A stretch of 64,000 nucleotides of DNA from Auanema rhodensis. Lineage: Eukaryota; Animalia; Nematoda. The first letter of the stretch is position 1. The number at the start of each line of letters is the position of its first letter. A model generated the notes under the pieces. The model did no database searches, was not told the DNA's origin, and worked only from the letters and a program-made list of their open reading frames with translations. Shown here one piece after another: positions 55,050 through 64,000 of the stretch. Where the stretch lies: the NCBI GenBank assembly GCA_964057225.1, contig OZ059899.1, forward strand, positions 4,712,001 to 4,776,000, in the 5' to 3' direction. Both the position numbers and the translations under genes were made by a program.

Positions 55050-58000
55050 ATATCTCTTTTTTTTCTTGATGCGGCATGGAAATCGTAGCATCGTGAGTAT
55101 AGGGTTGCTCATAGCAATGACCAGAAAACCTTGATTGACATAGAAAGGAGCTGTTCCAGTGTCTTCAAGCTGAAGTACTGGAACAGCATCAGTACCAGAA
55201 TAAATATAGCATAATGATTGAAGAAAAATTGAAAGCATGATGAACTTGAGAACGAAAACAAAGAAGAAGCCAGAGGAAGTCTGAGAAACAAGATATGAAG
55301 CACGAATACGAAGGTAAACTATCATTTGTCTATGTTCTTCCTGCTGAATATTCGAAAAATGAGATTTTAAATCAAAGGCGAAAACTATAAAAAAATAAAT
55401 GCAATATTGCAGAACAAGAGGGTACAGTTTTTAGAGGAATCTCTATAGAAACAGATATTGAGCTCATGATCGCATACCTGAGTAAAACAACGGACAATAT
55501 ACTACTCTACGATAGAACTGGCAGGAGTTATACTTTGAGCTAAGAAGGCCTGGTGGAGATTGAGAGTGGGTAAGAGAAGAGAGCAAATGAGAGGAACGAA
55601 AAGTGGAAGAGAATGAAAAAGAGAAAGAGAGGGAGAGAAAAAAAAGAAAATAGAGAGTAAGCTGAGAGCCAGAAGAACTGAGCTTCTGCTGCTGCTCGCT
55701 CACTGCTGCTGCTTTCGAATGAGCTGCGAAACTGGAGACTCGAAACTGAAGCAGCTGAGAAGCATGAGCAGAGGCCGGAGAGACAGCAGCAGAAGCCGAT
55801 TAAGCTCAAACGACTTACTCTTTCTTCTCCTTGTTCTCTGCTATCGTTTCCCTTTAGTATGAAGAAGTGTTGGAAGGAGTGAGGTGCAGAAAGGGGGCGA
55901 ACATAGAGAGGTTTAGCTGGAATAGAAAAGAGAATATGAAGTCCAAATGAATAAAAAATAGTTTCTTTTTCAATACTGCCAAGTGAAAATGAGCCCATTT
56001 AAATGAAAAAACACAACAATGGCTGTTAAAACATCGTTTTGCAGATGTTTTTTTGATAAAATGTTAAATGTGTATTGGACGCAAAAGAGCATACGATGAA
56101 GTTTATCAGAATATAGTAATTTGAGTTGAAATATCATATTAAGGTAATTATTAAGAAAATTAGAAAATATTGTAATATTTTATATAAATGAATTAATAGA
56201 AATTTATATATTATAAAAAGAAAAGTATTAGTTAACTACTAATAATAGGTTAAGATAATGACTACAAAAGCGTGTTACGATTTGCTAGAAAGGTAAGCCA
56301 ACGTTGGGCAGACTATTCATTTTCCTCGTTCAACAAAGCTTGGCAATGAATGAGATTATAGAAACAGCACATGAGCTCGAGGAGAAAATAGTACTCGGTG
56401 GTTTACGTAAATTCGGCAATAGCAAAGTCAGCCTCGTTAACTTTCTCACTCATCCTCTTCTTTTCTACTCATCTCTGTCCCTCTTGTCCTCGTGCTTTCT
56501 TTCTATCTATTGCTCTCTTCTTCTCTTTCATAGTCCTCCTCAGTTCATCTCCAGCTACCCTTTTCTTATTTCTTCATTCTGCTCTCATGTAGGCCCCAAG
56601 GGTGGTAAGAACCTTAAGAAGAGAAGGAGTCAGAGACATGAAGCTGAAAGCTTGGAGTGCGGGAAGAAACAGAAAAGAAAATAGTGTAAAGAGAACAGGA
56701 GACTGGAGGCTGAGGAAGAGAAACAGGGAATGCGAGAAGTGCGAGTGAAGGAACATGGTGAGCACAATGAATCCATAAAAGGAATTCTTAGTTTCGTCAA
56801 AAGACAAGGCTGATCACTTACGCAAGAATATGGATAAACCTCTACGGAATATATGAAATTCAATATAGTGAGTGATACCTTCAAATCATCATTATACCCA
56901 TTTCTTGTTCTAGAACTAATAGTAATTAATCTTTCATTAAAAATCAAATTACCTTATAACAATTATTTAAAGGCAATCAAAAAATCTGATCTCTATACCA
57001 ATACCATCAATTTTGCTCTCGTTTTGTTTTGACTTTGGATCGATGTTGTAGGCTACATCTTGGGATGTTGCTCAGACTCTGATGAGCTGGTTGAGAAGAT
57101 AAACAGAATGCAAAATGGAGATACTGGAAAGAGTAGAAAAAAGGCGGAACAAGTAAAAAATACTCAATATGAGAGTGGAGAGATTAGATCTTTCATGATT
57201 CTTATTATTATGGAACGGATGCTCGAATACTAAGTTTTTTCTTTGTATTACTTTGAACTGTTTTCAAATTGTGTTTTGATGTTCAAACTTCATTTTGGAA
57301 TCTACTCATCTAGTTTTCATGCTTGTTATCAGGATCACTACATCGTTTCCTATTTTGAAAGATCTTGCATTGGCCGCAAACTTTAAACTATTCTTGCGTT
57401 ACTGGGAGACGAAAAAGAAAATGACTGAAATATACATTTTTACTAATCCCAAACAGAGGAAGAGGAAACAAGTGCAGGGGTGGTCCGGACGACACGGAAG
57501 TATATGATTTTAACAGGGTGGTTAATATGAAAAACAATTTAAAAAATGGCACACATACCATGCGATAAGAAGTTTTATATTTTAGATAATGAAAAAACTT
57601 TTCAAATTATATAAAATATCAATTTTATAATTTATATATTGAAATGAGAGATTTAAACATAAAAAGTTTGTGATGTTTCATATCATGAATAAATTATATA
57701 TTTATATTTAATATAGTTATATAAGTAGTATACAAATGGTTGACGCTGGACGGTCATTTTGCCCAAATAACGTTTTTTGCACTTTTTGACTATTTTAACG
57801 CTTATTTTCATCAAAAAAGTGTCTAAGCTAGCAAAATCAGTCATTTTTGAAAAACTTCACTTTTTGGGCTGGACGTAGAAGTGACCATTTTGCCCAAACT
57901 TGATTTTTCAGCTATTCACAGCAAGAAATTAAACAACTTTTAGCTTACTGGTGTACTTATAAAAATAATGTTCAATAAATGGCGAAGCTAGACAAATCCG

Positions 58001-58331
58001 GAGGTTCTGCGTCCTTCCAATTATCACTTTTAAGACACAAAAAGTTTACAATTTAAAGAATTCATATGGCTGGATGGTTAATTTGCCTGTCGACTCCAAA
58101 ACCAAGTATCGCTGTGGTTGTAATCGTCGGCTGCTGACTAATGTTGAGTTGTTGAGCCGTACCAAGATGTGGATGATAGAAACACCATGGCATATTGATC
58201 CTTAGCAGCATACATCGTTGGCCAATTATCTAATTTGAAGACATTGTCGCTGATAAGGGTAGCGGCCAAATTAGGCTGAAAAAATCAAAATTAACAAAAA
58301 ACTATTAATAGACCAAAACAAAAACAAAATA

Positions 58332-59599
58332 TTAGGCGGTTGCATTGATTCCCGGCCCCCCCCCCCACCCAAGCCCATAAAATAGTCAAAAAAACATATT
58401 TGGAGAAAAAAATTTATTATTTTTAGTATTCTCCGTTCTTTGCGATGACTTTCTCCCATCTCTCTTTCAAACTTCTGATACCTTTCCTGAAAAAAACTTT
58501 ATTTTTTGATGCAAAAAATGTTTCACAAAAGTTTCAACTTCCTGTAGATTTTTGAAGTTCTCTCCCCTCAAACTATGCTCCATTGACCGAAAAAGATGAA
58601 AATCTGTTGGGGCAAGGTCTGGAGAGTAAGGGGGGTGTTTCAGAACTGCCCATCCCAGCTCCAAAAGCGTCTGTTGTGCCTTCGCACAGCAGTGAGGGCG
58701 AGCGTTGTCATTCAACAACGCTATACTTCTGTTTTTGAGCTCCTCTCGGGCTTCAATGTTAACACTGAGCCGTCTGAGTTGCTCAGAATGATTCTACCGT
58801 ATGGTAAAATTTCATAGAAGAGAACTCCGTTTTCGTTCCAGAAAACGGACAGAAGTGCCTTTTTGGCAGTTTGTGGGTTAGCCCTTGGTGTCATCGGAAC
58901 TGATTCTCCAGGGTTAACCCAAAACTTAGCCCTGTTTGGGTTGGAATAGAGAATCCACTTCTCATCTCCAGTCACCAAACTTTTGAAAAACCCCCTTTTT
59001 TGGCTCATTCTCAGTAGATCCTGAGCCAAAGAAACTCTTAACCTGAGATTACTCTCAGTCAAGAGATGTGGGGAAAATGGGGAAAGCTTCTGAATTTTCC
59101 CCATTTTTTTCAACCGTCGAGAGACAGTTGCTTTGTGAATCTTCAATTGGTTCCTGATTTGGAGTTGAGTAGCTCCAGGAGTAGAATCGAGAACCTTTTG
59201 AAGGTCACAGTTGCTGAATTTTTCAGCAGCTCCGGGCCTAGGACAATCTTGGAGATCGAACTCGCCGGATTTAAAGCGGCTAAACCACTTCTTACATGTT
59301 GAATACGATAGAGAATAATCTCCGTAGACAATTTTCATTTTTCTGAAAGTTTCTTTGGCAGAAATACCTTCATTAAAAGGATGAAGAAGGGCGTTGCGCA
59401 AAAGAGAAACATTCATAGCGAAAACAAGAAAAAAAAACGTTCAAAGAAAAAGGAGGTTTTTTCAAATGTGAAGTTTTTAAAATGTAATGTTTTTTATTTT
59501 TATTATATTTAAAAATATTTAAATTTTTAAAAATTTTGTAGAATTAGCATAAAAATTTTATTTTCTCAAAGGGGGCCGGGAATCAATGCAACCACCTAA
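58332..59599 (-). mobile_element. Mariner (Tc1/mariner, DD34D) transposon, 1268 bp, TA target duplication
   Basis: TIR TTAGG(C/T)GGTTGCATTGATTCCCGGCCCCC at both ends, flanked by TA (58330-58331, 59600-59601). Confidence 0.95.
58380..59416 (-). pseudogene. Frameshifted mariner transposase (3' end approximate)
   Basis: WFSRFKSGEFDLQDCPRPG HTH, VTGDEKWILY, DNARPH and YSPDLAPTD with 34 residues between the last two Asp; split over ORFs 58721-59416 and 58467-58718. Confidence 0.9.
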
Positions 59600-62500
59600 T
59601 AAATATTTTTAAAAAAAACATACCAAGGCGGTTGACACGGTCTGCTTGTTAACGTCGAAATTCCCAAGATTCACAAACGCATTTGGTAGCTCAAGACCAA
59701 AATTGGATCATCGTCGTTTGCGGGCTCTTTTTTCAACCAATCCACAGTCTTTGAATCTAGTTTAAGTAGCTCTCCAGCCTCTTCAGCGTCCAAGATGGGA
59801 TCGCCATTGTTACCAAAAAAAGGTCATATTGTAGCTTTAAATTGATAATATGTATAGAAAAAATAAACTAGTAAAACCAACCTCGAACTTGAACCACCAC
59901 AAGAAGAAGTGAAAATTGGCATTCTCGATGAGATCTAAATTAAACATAATTAAGAAAAACAAAACACTTTTATTAATCAAATAACTAGAGAATATAATAA
60001 TATGGAAATTAATACACGGATTTCGTTGCGTCTCTGCCTTCCACTCTAGCCCAACCCGTTTGCGTGTTGCGTCGCGTATGTCTAGTTCAACTGGGGCAAA
60101 TGTGTGATTGTGCTCGGTCACAGTGAGGAAGAGAGAGAATCTTCATTTTCTTTCGGCTCCGGTGGTAAAGTATCTCGCATGAAAACACCACGGATGTGTT
60201 TAATGTGTCTACTAATTCAATGAGATCATAATTTGTCAGAGATTTAAGATTTTGGGAAAAACTCATTTAATAGCGATAAAAACAATAAATACAAGTGAAA
60301 TATTGAAAGTGGGCAAAATGGTCACTTCTACGTCCAGCCCAAAAAGTGAAGTTTTTCAAAAATGACTGATTTTGCTAGCTTAGACACTTTTTTGATGAAA
60401 ATAAGCGTTAAAATAGTCAAAAAGTGCAAAAAACGTTATTTGGGCAAAATGACCGTCCAGCGTCAACCATTTGTATACTACTTATATAACTATATTAAAT
60501 ATAAATAAAAAAAGAAATAATCTTAAAGATATTTCTTTTTACAATTCATTCAAAATTTTTGATAATTAATTGAAATCATTTATTCATTATACTTAAACTA
60601 ATAAAATTAAAAAAAAAATTAGAAATGGATTACATGAGGAACCAAAAAAAAAACTAATAAGAAAGTATATGTAAACTAAACTTTATTCATATTAAATAAT
60701 AAATTATTATTTATTTAATTTTATAATATTTATTTTATATTTATATTAATATTCTTTTTATAATTAATAAAATTTTATTTATTCATTATTATAATACTTA
60801 ATTTCTTTATGAATCTTATCCTTTTTGTTATTTTCTAAAACAAATTTTTCAAATTTAAGATGATTTATTCTTAGTTTTCAAAAAAAAAGAATGATAAATT
60901 AAGATACTTAAAAGAATATAGTATGATATAAGCACAAAATTACTGTTATTTATAGGTTAAGCTGTTCAGTTTTCAGTTCACAAACAACTTTGAGTTTACA
61001 ATACTAAATATAACTATATAAAGATTTGCTATAGTTTTTTTTTCTAATTGTTCTATATATTTTTTCTATTTTTAAATATGTATAGTTTGTTTTTTTATTT
61101 TCCATAATTTGCGCAATCATTAAATAAATACATTCAAATATATACGGATGAATGAATAGATGCCAATTGTTTGGTATTTTTTAGATAATTTCAAATCTTC
61201 TTCATCATTTATAAAGAATTGCTTCTATGTAACAGCACATTCACAAGTTCACATTAGGCTTATCACATGCTTGGTAAGGATCCACTTGCGATATGTTTTT
61301 CATAACTTCCTTTTCTCTTTTTTTTCCGCTAGTCTTCAAAAAGAAAAAAATTCATACATATTTGAGATGAATTTTCCTTTTCATTTTCTCGCTTAAATTG
61401 TTGAATCCAACAAATCTGATCAGTTTCCTGACCAACCTGTGTCAACGAACATGCTATTTCAATGCAGATTTTGTGCCAACTTGGCACTTGAATGTTTAAC
61501 GTACTGTTTGGTCGACTAACGTGACTTTATTAGTTAATATGACTACGTTTCTTATTGTTCGTATGTTCTTTAACCTGTTATAAGCATTTCTAAGTTAATG
61601 TTCAAGACATAAGCTTTATTCTATAATGGTTCACTATGTCTGCCCATGCTTTCAGCTTCATTGTCCTTCCTACTTAGAAGTCCTTTTAATGTTCTTTTGA
61701 AGTTTCTTTGCTTTACTTCATTTGATCAAATCTTCAATATTGCCTATCTTTTGTTTTTCTTCAGTTTTTGAATTGCATAAGAGGCCTTTATTTAACCGAA
61801 AATACTCTATGATTTAGAATATGAACTCGATCATTTGGAGCCAAAAATTCCATCTGTCTAAGAAAATGTAGTGCTTTTCTAATATAATACATCTCTTTGG
61901 TAACCCATTCATTCTTTTTCTTTCTTCACACATTTCTTGTGATGCTTCGTACCTTATTCTTTTCTCCTCTTACTATCAATCTGTTTTTCATTTCATACAC
62001 AAGATGCTTATGCATCTTCTCTTCACCACATCATTCATTGGAACAATACGTTCGCAACTCTAAAATACAAGAAAACTATTCAGAAAATTAAAAAATTTCT
62101 TCTTAGCAAGTGCATGATGTCTTTATGAAAAGATGATAAATGGCGTTTTGTCTTTTATTTCATCCACTTTAAATGAAATCGTTTCTAACAGGAAGAAAAA
62201 AATTGAAAACGTTTGTCTAAGTACATATTTAGCTTTGTAAACTTTGACTAAATGAATAGTTTGAACTTAAAAATTTTTTATAAATTATTATAAATTTCTG
62301 AAAGCCAGGTTCTCTTGTCAGATTTTTAACTTTAGTTTATTTCATTATTGTTCCACATAATCAACTTTCATGACTAAATATGAGAAAATACTTTTCATAT
62401 TCATTGTATCCAACATGTTCTTTGAAACGAATGTCGGAAAAAGCATCCATGTACTAGCTGATTTGTATTTATTATAATCATGAGAACTCAGAAAATAATA

Positions 62501-64000
62501 AAATTCACATATGTTACTATTACAGCAAGGTTATTATAATCATATTTATGAAGATTTTAGCTGTCTGAATTCGTTTAAGAGGACAGATTCTGTGCAGAAA
62601 AGATAGATTTCTTTACCTGTTTATGATTTCTTTAAGTCTGTTCTTTATTAGTTTACCCTATTCTTTATATATCTCATTTCTTTGATATTTAATGATGATG
62701 TTTAATCTATAGTTCTTAAATTGTTTTTTCATTCCTCATATCTTTTTTGTTTGAATCAAACCAATACATTCAAAATAAGCGAATATCCTTTTTATCTTTT
62801 CGATTTCATCGTTAGTCAATCAAACTTTAATAATCAATAAGTATAATCTCTGATAAGTTACTTTTTTTTTCAAAGCTTTATCCCATGTATGTTCAAATAA
62901 GACAAATATAGCAATTTTTTTATTTTATTCATATATATATATATATATATTAGATTGTTTAATACATATGTGGATCATGTTTCAAGTTTACCTAACTAAT
63001 TGACTTATAAGCTTAACATTTATTTTTTTTATAAAATGTCTTTCTAAATTATCTTATTAGAAATAGAATTAGTAGTGAACGTGGACGAAAGTAAAAAACA
63101 GAAAGTATTAGATTGTATGACCAATTGATGCTCACTTTCACTAGTAAGATGCTTCTTGTAGGTATGTCTGAATATTTTGGATTCAGAACACCCGTATCAT
63201 TTTCTTTTTTTTCAATAGAAAGAAAAAATTAAAGTATTATATGTATATGTATGTAGCTATAGATATACAGATAAAACATAAAAACATAAAAGTTCCAATA
63301 TTAAAATGGAGATGTAAAAATTTTGATTAATGCACCTGATTGATCGAAGTTCAATCTCTACTCCGCCCAACCGATATATTATATTTCTTATCAAGCAGTT
63401 CCAAATTTCTGCAGCCTAATGTTCGACTTTTGTAGTTTATTTAAATGTCTTTCATGCTGAGTTTAGCTAAATATATAATGTAAATAATACAACATCTAGA
63501 GGCTTTGATGCTATTTCCAAGTTGTTGTTTCAATTTTAAAATGTAAGTTTAATTCTTTCATGCTTTCCGGGACTTGTAAAGACTTTGTAAGTCACTTTAA
63601 CAGCTTGTAACACATCTTTTCGTTTGTTTGTGATGTTTTCTTTTTTTTCGCTTTTATCTAAGTTAATTACCAGTTGATTGAATGTTTAACTATGATAGGT
63701 AATTCTAACAACTTTTGAGTGAACTGATTAAAACAAACTATTTCTGAATTTCCTTTTTTTTTGTTTTATATAATCTATACAAAACTAAAGAGTTAAGAAA
63801 TCAAATTACTTTGTTTTTCCAGCATTTTCTAGGACATACAGATGAGAGGGCATAACAAAATAAATAGTAGAGAGGGAGAGAGAGAGAGAAAGAGGGGGAG
63901 GAGAAAAGAGAAATGAGATAAATCCTTCTTAGGTACATGTAAATCCAACTCCTAAATTTACTAAAAATCCTTGCTATACCTACAAATCCTATGGGAAAAT

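Larger units (their letters stand above)
57699..60507. mobile_element. Non-autonomous long-TIR DNA element (198-bp TIRs at 57699-57896 and 60310-60507) hosting a nested mariner
   Basis: The two ends are reverse complements over 198 bp with no mismatch seen; AT-rich termini; GCTGGACG..CATTTTGCCCA repeated twice within each TIR; no clear target-site duplication. Confidence 0.85.

Noticed and set aside
53200-56950. ORFs in the purine-rich (GA) region
   Set aside because: Low-complexity F/S/L or E/R translations explained by strand composition bias; no coherent exon chain
58271-58337. TTAGGC hexamers near the mariner
   Set aside because: One is the TIR start and the other is isolated; neither has the GGC-NNN-GCC dyad
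61160-63800. Possible minus-strand exon fragments
   Set aside because: Short open stretches with stops and no recognisable family; not supportable by eye

Overview
AT-rich eukaryotic DNA from a rhabditid nematode (rol-6, mre-11 and amdh-1 orthologues; many ~40-60 nt introns). Layout: (1) 1-19261 is a very homogeneous tandem array of a 351-bp satellite (~55 units). (2) 19352-37971 is an ~18.6-kb near-perfect palindrome (two ~9.25-kb arms, 112-bp spacer) that duplicates mre-11, amdh-1 and a secreted Gln-rich protein gene. The left copy of that third gene is 5'-truncated where the arm joins the satellite. The palindrome centre is a degenerate copy of the same satellite and is flanked symmetrically by TTTAGGC-TCA-GCC motifs, i.e. 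a telomere seed inside a GGC-NNN-GCC dyad. (3) 38-64 kb is ordinary euchromatin: rol-6 collagen, a tandem Myb/SANT-like gene, a small MITE, and a defective DD34D mariner nested in a 198-bp-TIR element. Main hypothesis (inference): the window spans a programmed DNA elimination / de novo telomere-addition boundary, with the satellite and one mre-11/amdh-1 copy restricted to the germline. Exon boundaries were read by eye and are approximate.
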